64,000 bases of DNA from Acidobacteriaceae bacterium (GTDB taxonomy: Bacteria; Acidobacteriota; Terriglobia; Terriglobales; Acidobacteriaceae), in NCBI GenBank assembly GCA_025356095.1, contig JANXUR010000051.1, positions 67,730-131,729 on the forward strand, in the 5' to 3' direction. This document shows, piece by piece, positions 26,394-36,496 of this stretch. The notes beneath the pieces are model-generated. The model had not been told where the DNA came from. It saw only the letters and a list, made by a program, of their open reading frames with translations, and searched no databases. Each line of letters begins with the position of its first letter. Positions within the stretch are counted from its first letter, which is position 1. The translations under genes were made by a program, and so were the position numbers.

Positions 26394-27725
26394 TTACTTC
26401 TTCAGCTTCACCACGTCGCCATCTTTCAGCGTCGCGGGAGCATTTGTAATAATCTGGGCGCCATCGCTAAGGCCAGTTACCAGGTAACCCCCGGCGCGAT
26501 TGCTGGCAATGGTGACCGTGTGGGCATGGGCTTTGCCACCCTCCAACACATAGACAATTTTGTTACTTCCCGAAGTACGCACGGCGGTGGAAGGTACAAA
26601 CACGCCATCGTTCACTTTGCCCACGTCCTCTGCCAGAAACCGTACGGTGGAGTTCATCTCTGGACGAAGGAAGGAGTCTGGATTGAGTATCTGTACCTTC
26701 ACCTGCACGGTAGCCTTCTGCCGGTTGGCCTCCGGAGAGATTTCTGCGATCACGCCATCGTACTTGCGATCTGGGAAAGCGTCCACGGAAACTGAGCCTT
26801 TCTGCTTGGCGCTGAGCTTGGAGAAATCATCCTGCGCGATATCGAGCTCGACTTGAATATCTTTCAGATCCGCGAGCGCGACCACCGAGCCCACCGGGCC
26901 GCCTTCGGCAGCGCTGGCAAACTGGGCGGTAATCAGCTCACCCTTTTCTGCTGTACGTTCCAGAATCGTGCCACTGACGGGCGCGCGAATCAGTGTGGCT
27001 GCGAGTTGCGACTCTTGATAGGCCAGAGTGCCTTGCGCCTGCATCAACTGGCCACGAGCGCGGGCGATGTCTTCTTTGCGGGGACCAATCTTCGATAGGG
27101 TAGCCGTGCGATCCAGCGAATTTGCCTGTTGCTGGCTGGCGTCATATTGAGCCTGGGCATCGTCCAGTGCCTGCTTAGAAAGGACACCATCGGCCACCAG
27201 ACCGCGCGTGCGATCTAACGTGACTTTGTTGCGGGCAGCATTGGCTCGGGCTTGGTCAAGGTCATGCTGGGCGCGCTCGACCTCTTCGGGCCGCGAGCCA
27301 TTTTCTAGCGCCGCCAGCGCGGCTTTGGCGGCCTCCGCGGCACCGCGTGCCTGTTCCACTTGAGCCCGGAACTCTTCATCCTCTAAACGGACAAGCACCT
27401 GACCTTCAGTGACATGGTCGCCCTTTTCCACGCTGATGGAAGCGACGCGGCCGGTTACCTTGGAGTTTACGTTGATCTTGTGGTGGGCCACGATGTAGCC
27501 GCTGGCGGAAAGCACCACGCCGCTATCGGAGCCGCCAGCGGCCTTAGTCACTTCGACTTCCGTCGCTTTGGGGCCGCGCGACAGCACGGCGATGATGCCA
27601 GCCAACAAAAGTGCTGCAATGCCACCAATAATCCAGCGGCGCGACCAGCGCGCGTTAGCCGCAGCAGCGCGCTGGGAAGGGTCAATGCGTAGGCCTTGCA
27701 GTGTCTTTTGATTCTCTTCATTCAT
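26394..27725 (-). CDS. efflux periplasmic adaptor (HlyD/MFP family)
   Basis: 443-aa ORF with an N-terminal TM anchor, a lipoyl-like region ([27 protein letters not shown]), a long coiled-coil hairpin and a beta-barrel C-terminus. Confidence 0.88.
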   Translation of the reverse strand: MNEENQKTLQGLRIDPSQRAAAANARWSRRWIIGGIAALLLAGIIAVLSRGPKATEVEVTKAAGGSDSGVVLSASGYIVAHHKINVNSKVTGRVASISVEKGDHVTEGQVLVRLEDEEFRAQVEQARGAAEAAKAALAALENGSRPEEVERAQHDLDQARANAARNKVTLDRTRGLVADGVLSKQALDDAQAQYDASQQQANSLDRTATLSKIGPRKEDIARARGQLMQAQGTLAYQESQLAATLIRAPVSGTILERTAEKGELITAQFASAAEGGPVGSVVALADLKDIQVELDIAQDDFSKLSAKQKGSVSVDAFPDRKYDGVIAEISPEANRQKATVQVKVQILNPDSFLRPEMNSTVRFLAEDVGKVNDGVFVPSTAVRTSGSNKIVYVLEGGKAHAHTVTIASNRAGGYLVTGLSDGAQIITNAPATLKDGDVVKLKK

Positions 27726-27770
27726 GGCTGCGTTTGTCCGCTTTCTAAGTTTGCCGATGTTGATTGATTG

Positions 27771-28934
27771 CTAGCCGCGCAAGGCGGTCAAAATATTTTG
27801 CCGGGCCGCATGCCAAGCTGGCAGCAATCCGCCGATCAGCCCCATCATGGCTGAGAAGAAAAGTGCCGTCGCAATTACGCCGGGAGTCACACGCAGTGAA
27901 AACGCAACTTCGCTAAAGGTGACGCTGTTGGAGGTGGCCGTACTCATGCCATCAAACGGCAACATCAGCACCACCCCCACAATCCCCCCCAGCAACGCTA
28001 GCATGAGCGATTCTATGACGAAGCTGAGCAGAATCGAGGCTCGCGAAAATCCCAAAACCCGCAGAGTGGCGATCTCCCGCATACGATATGCCACCGCAGC
28101 ATACATCGTGTTCATGGCGGCGAATGACGAGCCGATGGCCATGACGATAGCGACAATGATGCCCACCACGCGGATGAAGCCCCCCGACTTGGTTTGTGAG
28201 GCGTAGTACTCGGTTTCGAGTTGGCCATCCAGCTTGGTGCGCTGGTCGGCGAGCACGGTCTGCACCAGCGCTTCAGCCGACGGTTGGTCGTATGCGTGGA
28301 GCAACACCGACGACACTCCGAATTCACGATTGAACTCAGTGGCCATCTGATGCACGTCGGCCCAGACCTCAGAATCATGCGCGGTACCGGCAGCATCGAA
28401 GATGCCTACCACCTTCCAGGCATTCTTACCAAAGCGAATGTCATCACCCACGGCAGCATTGAAGAAGCGTTTGGTGATAGAAGTGGAAACCACAATCTCA
28501 CGTTGACCATCGGCGGGCCAGCGGCCTGAGACCAGATGGATTTTAGGACGCAGCTCGCGACCCATCGGCGTCATGCCCCGCATGGTCACGTTGGTGTCAC
28601 CGGTACCGTCATTGCGCGGCAAGATCACAATCACTACCAGTTCCCCCGATGCCATCTGCTGGCCTTGCGCGTCGCGGGCCACGCCCGGCAAGGTTTTGAG
28701 GACGGCGGCGGCAGAGTGGGGAATACCGCTGGAAAGCTCGGCAGCGGAACCTTTGCGCATCACCAGCACATTCTGCGGGTCGCCGCTGGTGCGGAAGGCG
28801 GCGTCCAAACCCGCCAGCAGCGACATGATGAAGATGGCCGTCGTCACCGTCAGCGCGATGCCCAGCGCCGTCATCAGCGTGGCTGCCTTGCGCTGGCGCA
28901 TATTGCGGAAGTTGTAGCTGATCGGGATCGCCAT
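27771..28934 (-). CDS. ABC transporter permease, MacB/FtsX-like
   Basis: 387-aa ORF with an N-terminal TM helix, a large periplasmic domain and a C-terminal FtsX-type 3-TM bundle (REIATLRVLGFSRASILLSFVIESL). Confidence 0.88.
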   Translation of the reverse strand: MAIPISYNFRNMRQRKAATLMTALGIALTVTTAIFIMSLLAGLDAAFRTSGDPQNVLVMRKGSAAELSSGIPHSAAAVLKTLPGVARDAQGQQMASGELVVIVILPRNDGTGDTNVTMRGMTPMGRELRPKIHLVSGRWPADGQREIVVSTSITKRFFNAAVGDDIRFGKNAWKVVGIFDAAGTAHDSEVWADVHQMATEFNREFGVSSVLLHAYDQPSAEALVQTVLADQRTKLDGQLETEYYASQTKSGGFIRVVGIIVAIVMAIGSSFAAMNTMYAAVAYRMREIATLRVLGFSRASILLSFVIESLMLALLGGIVGVVLMLPFDGMSTATSNSVTFSEVAFSLRVTPGVIATALFFSAMMGLIGGLLPAWHAARQNILTALRG

Positions 28935-28937
28935 GCC

Positions 28938-30095
28938 TTAGCCGATATGCCTCAGGCCATCCACAATGGCGAGTTTGGATGCGTTGTAAGACGGCACGAT
29001 GGCGCTGATAAAACCAATGAAAGCCGCTACGCCGACCGCGACGGCAAACAACCCGGGCGTCATCTTGATGCCGGCAAAAAACCCGCCCATGCTGGAGACA
29101 ATCGCCGTCATCAGCGTCGCGGGCAGAATGCCAAACAATCCGCCGATGATGCACTGGAGCATCGCCTCGCCGACAAACAAAGCCAGAATGGTAAAACGCT
29201 GAAAGCCCAGAATCTTGAGCACCGCCACTTCGCGGGTGCGTTCGCGAATTGCCATCGCCATGGTGTTAGCCGAGACCAGCAGCGTGGCAAACACCACCGC
29301 TCCGCCAATGCCCAGAATAAAAACCTTCACATTGCCCAGCATGTTGATGAAACCGAGGGTGAATGCTTTTTCGCTCTCCGTTTTCGTGGGAGCGGGCGCA
29401 TTCTTAAACATGTCGTCCACCGCTTGCGAGACCTGGGTCACCGCTTCTGGACTGGCGCACATGATGCTGAAGGTTCCCGGTTGACCTTTGGCCCACGAAA
29501 CCGCTTCTTCCACGTATTCGGTGTGAAAGTACATCGTCTTGGAGGCTTCAGGCGGATGATAAATGCCGCGAATCGTCAGCTCCGGATCTACGGGATAAAT
29601 GTTCCTCTTGAGGATGATCTTCTGTCCGACTTTCCAGCCGTATTGGGTGGCCAGCGCGTCGTCCACAATCGCCCCCGCGCGGTCACGCTGCCAGGCGCGG
29701 AGTTCGTCCGGGTCAATGCGGTACTCCGGGTAAACCTTGGGCCACTCCACGGCGTCGGTGAAAAACTGGGCAAAGAAGTTGCCCGACTTGTCATCTTTGT
29801 AGGTGCCGCCGAACCAACTGTTTGGAACCACCGCCACCACGCCTGTGATGGTGCGGATGCGTTCCCGATAGTAAGACGGCAGGAAGTTGGTAAGCGACAC
29901 TTTGTGGCGCGTGATCACCCGCTGCGCGGACTCCGCCGAGCCGGTGTCGAGGTAAAAGCCCTTCCACACGGACATCATCAGCGTGAGCAGACCGAGCGAA
30001 ACCGCAACGCCCAGCATGGTCAGCAGGGTGCGGCGTTTGTTGCGCAAGGCGCTTTTGGTGATGAACAGGCTCAGGGTCACCGCTCGTGCTCCCAT
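28938..30095 (-). CDS. ABC transporter permease, MacB/FtsX-like (second paralogue)
   Basis: 385-aa ORF with the same architecture (REVAVLKILGFQRFTILALFVGEAM). Confidence 0.88.
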   Translation of the reverse strand: MGARAVTLSLFITKSALRNKRRTLLTMLGVAVSLGLLTLMMSVWKGFYLDTGSAESAQRVITRHKVSLTNFLPSYYRERIRTITGVVAVVPNSWFGGTYKDDKSGNFFAQFFTDAVEWPKVYPEYRIDPDELRAWQRDRAGAIVDDALATQYGWKVGQKIILKRNIYPVDPELTIRGIYHPPEASKTMYFHTEYVEEAVSWAKGQPGTFSIMCASPEAVTQVSQAVDDMFKNAPAPTKTESEKAFTLGFINMLGNVKVFILGIGGAVVFATLLVSANTMAMAIRERTREVAVLKILGFQRFTILALFVGEAMLQCIIGGLFGILPATLMTAIVSSMGGFFAGIKMTPGLFAVAVGVAAFIGFISAIVPSYNASKLAIVDGLRHIG

Positions 30096-30413
30096 GGATG
30101 GAACAAAATGAGTTGCTAACAGATACGTTCAAAACCAAATTCCAGTTCCGCGCTTAGAGACAGTAGGATACAGCAGGGGCACGGTTGCTTCTAATGACAC
30201 AAAACGATATTCCAAAAGAATTTTGCACACTTTTCCACGCAGTAAAATAAATTGCCCTGAGTCAGTGATTTTGGCTTTAACACTGGGTGTAAGCGCTTTC
30301 GCTGCTCGACTTCGGGTGCGGCCAAGTCCCCAGCAAACCCGTCCCGTGCCGCTCCAGCCATTGCAGGAATCCTTGCCATCCTGTAGATTTGGCGCTTCGC
30401 ACCGTCAGCAACC

Positions 30414-30441
30414 TGTGATGCTGCTACTTGTGATGCTGCTA
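30414..30441. repeat. direct repeat tgtgatgctgcta x2 (15-nt spacing) upstream of the symporter gene
   Basis: Read directly. Copies lie at 30414-30426 and 30429-30441. Confidence 0.8.
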
Positions 30442-30510
30442 AATAAAACGGCAGTCCGGACTCCGTGAACCCGGCCCTGCCGAAGACTCAACCCAACTGA
30501 GGCTGAATCC

Positions 30511-32217
30511 ATGGATACTGCCGTACACCTGACGCACAAAGCTCTCACGACCCTCGATCTGATCATCATCGGCGCCTATTTTCTGGTGATTTTCGGCATC
30601 GGTTTCTACTTCGCCCGCAAAGAGCGCACCTCATCGGAATATTTTCTTGCCGGACGCAATGTAGGCTGGTTCGCCATCGGCGCATCGCTGTTCGTCTCCA
30701 ACATCTCCACCGAGCACTTTATTGGCTTGGCCGGTTCAGGAGCCAGTTCCGGCTTGGCGGTGGGGAACTTCGAGTGGGAAGCCTGCTTCATGCTGCTGTT
30801 GCTGGGCTGGGTGTTTGTGCCGTTTTATCTGCGGTCCAACGTCTTCACCATGCCAGAATTTTTGGAGCGGCGCTACAACCGCGGCAGTGCGGTTTATCTC
30901 GCCAGCATTTCCATCGTGGCATACATTCTGACCAAGATTGCAGTGCATCTGTGGGCGGCACAAATCGTCTTTGAACGGGTGCTGGGCATTGACCCGAACG
31001 GCCCTTGGTGGCAGCAGTATATGGTTCCGGTGGCCCTGGTGGTGCTGACGGGTATTTACACCATGGCGGGCGGCCTCTCTGCCGTCATTTATACCGAGGT
31101 GGTACAAACGCTGGTGCTGCTGGTGGGCGCGATTGCCCTCACCGTCATCGGCTTCGACAAAGTGGGTGGCATGGCGGGTCTGCGCGCCGTCGTCCCCGAC
31201 AGCTACTTCCACATGGTCAAGCCCATCAGCGATCCCGACTTCCCCTGGACGGGCATCTTCTTCGGTGCGCCGATTCTCGGTATCTGGTACTGGTGTACGG
31301 ATCAAGTCATCGTGCAGCGGGTACTTTCTGCAAAAGATGAAGGCCATGCCAAAGCTGGCACTATTTTTGCTGGCTTCTTGAAGATTCTGCCCGTATTCCT
31401 ACTGGTATTCCCCGGCCTTATCGCCTTGGCGCTCTACCGCGATCTGTTCAAGTTCGACGCGGCTGGCAATGTGCTCAACGGCGACATCGCCTTCCCGACG
31501 CTGATCATTAACCTGCTACCTGCCGGACTCGTTGGCATGATGATTGCGGCGCTGCTGGCAGCCCTGATGGGCGGCATGGCCAGCGTATTCAACTCGGCTT
31601 CTACTCTTGTCACGCTCGACTTCTACAAAAAGCTGCATCCTCAAGCAAGCGAGAAAAATCTGGTGCACTTCGGCCGCATCGCCACCGGAGCCATGGTGGT
31701 ACTGGGCCTGCTGTGGGTGCCGTTTATACATCTGATCAGCAGCCAACTGTATGTTTACCTACAGAGCGTACAGGGGTACATTTCTCCGCCGATTGCCGTT
31801 TGCTTCATCTTTGGCATTGCCTGGCCGCGAATGAATGGGCAAGGTGCTCTGGTCTCGATGCTCACCGGCTTTGTGCTGGGTGCTGGCCGCTTCGTGATGG
31901 AGATTCTGGTCAAGACCGGCAGCGTCACCAATGAGGGCTTTCCCAAGTGGCTGGTGGGGATGAACTTTCTGCATTACTCGCTGCTGATGTTTGTAGTCTG
32001 CGCCTTGGTCTTGATTGCGGTGAGCCTGATGGGCGAAGCACCTTCGCGCAGCAAGCTTGCTGGACTCACCTTTGCCACTGTGGATGACAAACTCGAAACG
32101 GTTTCGGGGGAGAACGTCGCGCTGGCACAGGAGACGGCCACCGAACATCGCATGAATCTGATCTTCACCGGGATTCTGATTGCGACGTGCCTAGCCTTGT
32201 GGTTCCACTTCGCATAA
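30511..32217 (+). CDS. sodium:solute symporter family (SSF/SGLT-like) transporter
   Basis: 568-aa polytopic membrane ORF. EYFLAGRNVGWFAIGASLFVSNISTEHFIGLAG and GGLSAVIYTEVVQT are typical of SSF. Confidence 0.9.
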   Translation: MDTAVHLTHKALTTLDLIIIGAYFLVIFGIGFYFARKERTSSEYFLAGRNVGWFAIGASLFVSNISTEHFIGLAGSGASSGLAVGNFEWEACFMLLLLGWVFVPFYLRSNVFTMPEFLERRYNRGSAVYLASISIVAYILTKIAVHLWAAQIVFERVLGIDPNGPWWQQYMVPVALVVLTGIYTMAGGLSAVIYTEVVQTLVLLVGAIALTVIGFDKVGGMAGLRAVVPDSYFHMVKPISDPDFPWTGIFFGAPILGIWYWCTDQVIVQRVLSAKDEGHAKAGTIFAGFLKILPVFLLVFPGLIALALYRDLFKFDAAGNVLNGDIAFPTLIINLLPAGLVGMMIAALLAALMGGMASVFNSASTLVTLDFYKKLHPQASEKNLVHFGRIATGAMVVLGLLWVPFIHLISSQLYVYLQSVQGYISPPIAVCFIFGIAWPRMNGQGALVSMLTGFVLGAGRFVMEILVKTGSVTNEGFPKWLVGMNFLHYSLLMFVVCALVLIAVSLMGEAPSRSKLAGLTFATVDDKLETVSGENVALAQETATEHRMNLIFTGILIATCLALWFHFA

Positions 32218-32260
32218 GCTCACAAATGATCTTGAGCCAGCAGCAAGCTAAAGTGAATCT

Positions 32261-32833
32261 GTGACCGCAAAAACTCTTACAATACGCAGCCTCCGTCCGA
32301 ACGTGACGGAGGCTGACGCTTTTAAGCTCTTTGAGAGCAGCGGCCCTATGGGGCTGCTGCGGCTGGCGCGGCAAGGCTCCCTTGCCCGGCTAGCGATGGT
32401 TTACCTGCCCTTCCGCATGTTTCGCAGCACGGTCCACAACACGGTGCGCAAAAGCGAACAACACGAAGAACAATTGGTTGCGATTGATGCCATGACTGGG
32501 ACCTTGGATTTGTACCAGTTCGCAGCCTTGCCTAGCGACGGGGAAACGACGATCGTCCATACCACCAATACGCCCACCCAACGGCTTCTGCTACCTGAAC
32601 TTGAGGCCAAGTTGGGCGACAAGCTGCGGCGTACCATCTTTCGCCGTGGCTTTTACGCGCTGCGCGACTTTCGGCTGGAGCTTACTCCGTTGGATGAGAT
32701 CTACGTCCCGTACTGGGTAGCGTTCCGGGGTCGCGGCGAGGTGGCTCATCTGGAGGTGCTGGACGCGGTACGGCGGTCGCCGGAAGGCGACAAAGTGCGC
32801 CGCCTGATTGAGCAGTGGATCGCCGAAGCCTAA
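32261..32833 (+). CDS. hypothetical protein
   Basis: 190-aa ORF (GTG start) with protein-like composition. I recognise no family. Confidence 0.5.
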   Translation: MTAKTLTIRSLRPNVTEADAFKLFESSGPMGLLRLARQGSLARLAMVYLPFRMFRSTVHNTVRKSEQHEEQLVAIDAMTGTLDLYQFAALPSDGETTIVHTTNTPTQRLLLPELEAKLGDKLRRTIFRRGFYALRDFRLELTPLDEIYVPYWVAFRGRGEVAHLEVLDAVRRSPEGDKVRRLIEQWIAEA

Positions 32834-32986
32834 AGGCTCGCGCCGGTGATTGAGCATTTACCCGCAGTTCAAGCAATCTTAACCAGTTTGTAACCTGCCG
32901 ACTGCATACTCTATGTGGCGACGTGTTCCTTTCGTGCCCTGCATCCCAAGAGCGCAGAAGTCGGCCATCGCCCGGTTCAAGAGCCC

Positions 32987-33712
32987 ATGGCAACTGGTGA
33001 AGTCGTACTCAACCCGGCGCAAGAATTCACCGACCTTGTGGCGCTTACCCTGCGCGCGTGCGAAGTCGCCAAAGATGCTATAGCGAACGCCACCGATGGT
33101 CTAGGCTCCAATTCCCCTTCGCTGTACGACAAGGTAGATGAATGCGAGCGCGAACTCGACGCTCTCGATCGCGAACTTGATCAGCGGATTACCGCCCCGC
33201 TTGGGCTAGTGGATGAAAAGCAGCGTCGCGAGCTGCTGGCCTGCATGAAGTTTATGACCGATCTTGAGCGGGTCGGCGACTTGATTGCAACCTTTGCCAA
33301 CGGTGCGCGCGTACTGGGCACTCGGCTGGAGCCACAGGATGTGAAGGATCTGATCCGTATCGCCACAACCCTGGAAAAGATGCTTAGTGACGTGAGGGAG
33401 GCATACTCCAAACGCGACATGAACATCGCGGCGGGGGTAATTCGTTCGGATTCTGAAATTGACCGCCTGCGCAACTTGATGTTTGTGCGCCACGTGGAAA
33501 ACCCAGAAAACCAGCCCACCCGTGAGAGCATTCAGGTTCTTTTTATGGCGCAGTCGCTGGAGCGGGCAGGGGACCATGCCAAGAATATGGCCGAAGAAGT
33601 CTGCCATCTGGTCAGCGGCCACACTTTGCGCCACGCTTTGCGTGCCAATGGGCGAAGCTACGAGCAGATGTTTCTGGATTGGTTGCGCGAGCACCCCCCC
33701 GCCCGAAAGTAA
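32987..33712 (+). CDS. PhoU-domain protein
   Basis: In frame with track ORF 32915..33712. I prefer ATG 32987. There are two PhoU repeats with ERVGDLIATFA and ERAGDHAKNMAEEV. Confidence 0.8.
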   Translation: MATGEVVLNPAQEFTDLVALTLRACEVAKDAIANATDGLGSNSPSLYDKVDECERELDALDRELDQRITAPLGLVDEKQRRELLACMKFMTDLERVGDLIATFANGARVLGTRLEPQDVKDLIRIATTLEKMLSDVREAYSKRDMNIAAGVIRSDSEIDRLRNLMFVRHVENPENQPTRESIQVLFMAQSLERAGDHAKNMAEEVCHLVSGHTLRHALRANGRSYEQMFLDWLREHPPARK

Positions 33713-33765
33713 CGCCTCCTGTGGGGGTCTCTGCGTCAGAATATTGCCAGTTGTGACCGCTCCTT

Positions 33766-34302
33766 GTGACTGGAGTCACATCCCCGATTTGGCCTACTCC
33801 GTGTAATAACCATGTGGCGTCTTCCGACCGACAACGCGGAATTTTGCACGTGGATGAGGCGAGCCTAACAGCGCCCATGCTTGAAGTGGCCGAGCGCTGC
33901 TGGTTTGCGCCGCGTACGGTGCTTTTTGAGCGCGGCGAGCTGGCTCATGGTGTTTACCTGCTGCGCTCCGGCAGGGTGGCCATGTTTTCCGGGCCACAGT
34001 TTGCCGCGCGGCGCCAGCGGGTTGAGCTCGCCGATTGTGGTGCAATTCTGGGCTTGGGCGAAGTGCTTGCAGAAGGCCGCTACGGATTGACGGCAGAATC
34101 CGCCGGCAGCGTGGAGGCAGCCTACGTGAGTCAAGCGCGCCTGCTGGCCTTGCTGCGGATCAATCCCGAGGCCTGTACGCAACTTCGCCGCCTGCTGGTG
34201 GGCCAAATTGACGTGATCCACGCCGCGCACCGGCTGCTGGGGGGCCCCGGCCTGCGGTCCGCGCCGAAGCGTACGCCGCAACAGGTCCCCGGCCCCGCCT
34301 AG
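33766..34302 (+). CDS. cyclic-nucleotide-binding domain protein
   Basis: The region FAPRTVLFERGELAHGVYLLRSGRVAMF...ILGLGEVLAEGRYGLTAES fits a cNMP-binding beta-roll. No HTH follows. The start may be ATG 33877. Confidence 0.65.
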   Translation: MTGVTSPIWPTPCNNHVASSDRQRGILHVDEASLTAPMLEVAERCWFAPRTVLFERGELAHGVYLLRSGRVAMFSGPQFAARRQRVELADCGAILGLGEVLAEGRYGLTAESAGSVEAAYVSQARLLALLRINPEACTQLRRLLVGQIDVIHAAHRLLGGPGLRSAPKRTPQQVPGPA

Positions 34303-34428
34303 GCCCACTCTGGCGCGGCTTGCCACCGTGTAATTGGCCTTTGGGGCCTTTCGCCGAGGGGGGTAATCTGGTTATGGCACCAAAGGGGGTTGCGCAGCAG
34401 CGGCCACTCCCGTTACCATCAATCATTC

Positions 34429-34449
34429 GTTTCGGTCTGAGACCGAAAC
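34429..34449. promoter_or_regulatory. perfect 9-3-9 inverted repeat GTTTCGGTC-TGA-GACCGAAAC just upstream of pqqA
   Basis: Read directly. It ends 18 nt before the pqqA ATG and 5 nt before its GGAGAA box. Confidence 0.6.
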
Positions 34450-34467
34450 CGATTGGAGAACACCCTC

Positions 34468-34545
34468 ATGGAATGGAACACGCCTGAAGTCGAAGAAATT
34501 TCGCTCTGCTGCGAGATCAACTCCTACGTTAGCGCCACCCTGTAA
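34468..34545 (+). CDS. pqqA: PQQ precursor peptide PqqA (25 aa)
   Basis: Too short for the ORF track. It reads MEWNTPEVEEISLCCEINSYVSATL and has the conserved E-x-x-x-Y (EINSY). GGAGAA lies 7 nt upstream, and pqqB starts 9 nt downstream. Confidence 0.85.
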   Translation: MEWNTPEVEEISLCCEINSYVSATL

Positions 34546-34554
34546 CCCAGCATC

Positions 34555-35487
34555 ATGCAGGTCATAATCTTGGGCTCTGCCGCCGGCGGGGGCTTTCCCC
34601 AGTGGAACTGCTCCTGCCGCAACTGCATTGGTGTGCGCGCAGGCAGCTTCGCGGGCAAAAGCCGCACCCAAACCCAACTGGCCGTTAGCTCTGACGGCGA
34701 CTCATGGTTTTTGCTGAATGCTGGCCCGGATTTGCGAGCTCAGATTGAATCGGCCCCAGTCTTGCATCCCAAGCATTCTCCCCGGCACTCGCCCATTTGT
34801 GGCGCAGTTTTGCCTTGCGGCGACCTCGACCAGGTGATGGGACTGCTGCTGCTGCGGGAGTGGCAACAGCTTAGCCTCTACGCTACTCCAGCGGTGCGAC
34901 GCATGATTCTGGAAGACAATTCCATGTTCAGTATGCTGTCGCGTGTCGCGGGCCAGACCCGCTGGGTGGATATCGCACCCGGCGAGAGTTTTCCGCTACT
35001 GGCTGCGAATGGAGCCGCGTCCGGCCTACGCTGCCACCCGCTGGCGTTACCGGCGCACTATCCCTCTTACGTGCCAGAGTCGAAACTGGCGTCGCTGCCT
35101 CCTGAGGAATCCCGCTTGGGCCTGGTGATGGAATCTGCCAGCGGCAAGAAGCTGGCCTTTATGCCGGGTGTGGCCGGACTCACGCCGCAACACATGCAAC
35201 TGCTGGCAGAGGTAGATGTGATTTTGTTTGACGGCACCTTCTGGGACGACGAGGAGTTGATGCGCATCCAGCCGGGCGCAAAAACTGCGCGCGCTATGGG
35301 ACATATCCCAGTGAGCGGCCCTGATGGCAGCATGGCCGCGCTCGCGTCCTTGCGCGGACCGCGAAAAATCTATATCCATATCAACAACACCAATCCCATG
35401 CTCAATGAATCAGGCCCGGAGTATCGGGCGGTGCGCGATGCCGGATGGGAGTTGGCGGAAGATGGATGGGAGGTCAATCTGGCATGA
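34555..35487 (+). CDS. pqqB: PQQ biosynthesis protein B (metallo-beta-lactamase fold)
   Basis: 310-aa ORF that begins MQVIILGSAAGGGFPQWNCSCRNC, in operon context. Confidence 0.92.
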   Translation: MQVIILGSAAGGGFPQWNCSCRNCIGVRAGSFAGKSRTQTQLAVSSDGDSWFLLNAGPDLRAQIESAPVLHPKHSPRHSPICGAVLPCGDLDQVMGLLLLREWQQLSLYATPAVRRMILEDNSMFSMLSRVAGQTRWVDIAPGESFPLLAANGAASGLRCHPLALPAHYPSYVPESKLASLPPEESRLGLVMESASGKKLAFMPGVAGLTPQHMQLLAEVDVILFDGTFWDDEELMRIQPGAKTARAMGHIPVSGPDGSMAALASLRGPRKIYIHINNTNPMLNESGPEYRAVRDAGWELAEDGWEVNLA

Positions 35488-36224
35488 GTGCCGACACCGC
35501 TATATTGAGCGCCGAGGAATTCCGCGCACGACTGCAGGAAATCGGCGAAGAGCGCTACCACCACCGCCATCCCTTCCACCTACGAATGCACGAAGGCCAA
35601 TTGACCCGCGGCCAGTTGCAGGCGTGGGCACTAAATCGCTTTTACTACCAAAGCCGCATACCAATGAAAGATGCCATCATCCTTTCGCGCTCGGAGGATC
35701 CGGAGTTTCGCCGAGCCTGGCGCAAGCGCATTTTGGATCATGATGGCAACAGCGCTGGCGAAGGCGGTATCGCCAAGTGGCTGCGGCTTGCGGAAGCTAC
35801 CGGCTTGACCCGCGGGCAAGTGACCGGGTGCGAAGGAGTGCTGCCGGGAACACGTTTTGCTGTGGACGCTTACCTTGACCTCGTCCGCAACCGAACCTTT
35901 CTGGAAGCGGTTGCTTCTTCGTTTACCGAACTGTTTTCACCTACGCTGATTTCCCTGCGGATGGAGCGGCTGAAGGAGCATTACCCTTGGATCGGCGGCG
36001 CATTGGACTATTTTCAGGCTCGACTGACTCAGGCTCCCGAAGACATTGATTTTGCCTTCCATTGGGTGTACCAAGCGGCTAAGACCCGTCCGGAGCAGGA
36101 AGCCGCGTTAAATGCACTGCGCCGAAAGTGCGATATCTTGTGGGCACAGTTGGACGCTTTGTATTACGCTTATGTGCAACCCGGCTGGCCCTCCCCAGGT
36201 GCATTTCAAATCAAGGAACCTTGA
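35484..36224 (+). CDS. pqqC: pyrroloquinoline-quinone synthase
   Basis: In frame with track ORF 35445..36224. ATG 35484 overlaps the pqqB stop (ATGA). HPFHLRMHEGQLTRGQLQAWALNRFYYQ is typical of PqqC. Confidence 0.92.
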   Translation: MSADTAILSAEEFRARLQEIGEERYHHRHPFHLRMHEGQLTRGQLQAWALNRFYYQSRIPMKDAIILSRSEDPEFRRAWRKRILDHDGNSAGEGGIAKWLRLAEATGLTRGQVTGCEGVLPGTRFAVDAYLDLVRNRTFLEAVASSFTELFSPTLISLRMERLKEHYPWIGGALDYFQARLTQAPEDIDFAFHWVYQAAKTRPEQEAALNALRRKCDILWAQLDALYYAYVQPGWPSPGAFQIKEP

Positions 36225-36496
36225 TGCCTCAGCCTGCGCCGGAAAGCCAACCCCGATTGTCATTGGGCTGCCGCATTACGATGCGGCAGGACGTAGCCAC
36301 TCTCCTTTATCCGGAAGGCGCCATCCGGCTACAGGGCACCGCGCTGCGCATCGTGCAGTTGTGCGATGGGGTGTGCAGCTTTCAGGGGATTGTGACACAA
36401 CTGGCCCATGAATACTCCGCCGATGCTGACCGCATTCAGACGGAGGCATCTGCGTTCCTGGAGCGACTTCAGGCAAAAAGGATTATTGATTTCTGA
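36224..36496 (+). CDS. pqqD: PQQ biosynthesis peptide chaperone
   Basis: In frame with track ORF 36128..36496. ATG 36224 overlaps the pqqC stop (TGATG). The product is 90 aa and ends ...AFLERLQAKRIIDF. Confidence 0.85.
   Translation: MPQPAPESQPRLSLGCRITMRQDVATLLYPEGAIRLQGTALRIVQLCDGVCSFQGIVTQLAHEYSADADRIQTEASAFLERLQAKRIIDF

Noticed and set aside
28536-30119. 527-aa plus-strand ORF
   Set aside because: It is antisense to the two FtsX-type permease genes. Its His/Arg/Gly-rich composition is not protein-like, whereas the minus-strand products have clear MacB/FtsX architecture.
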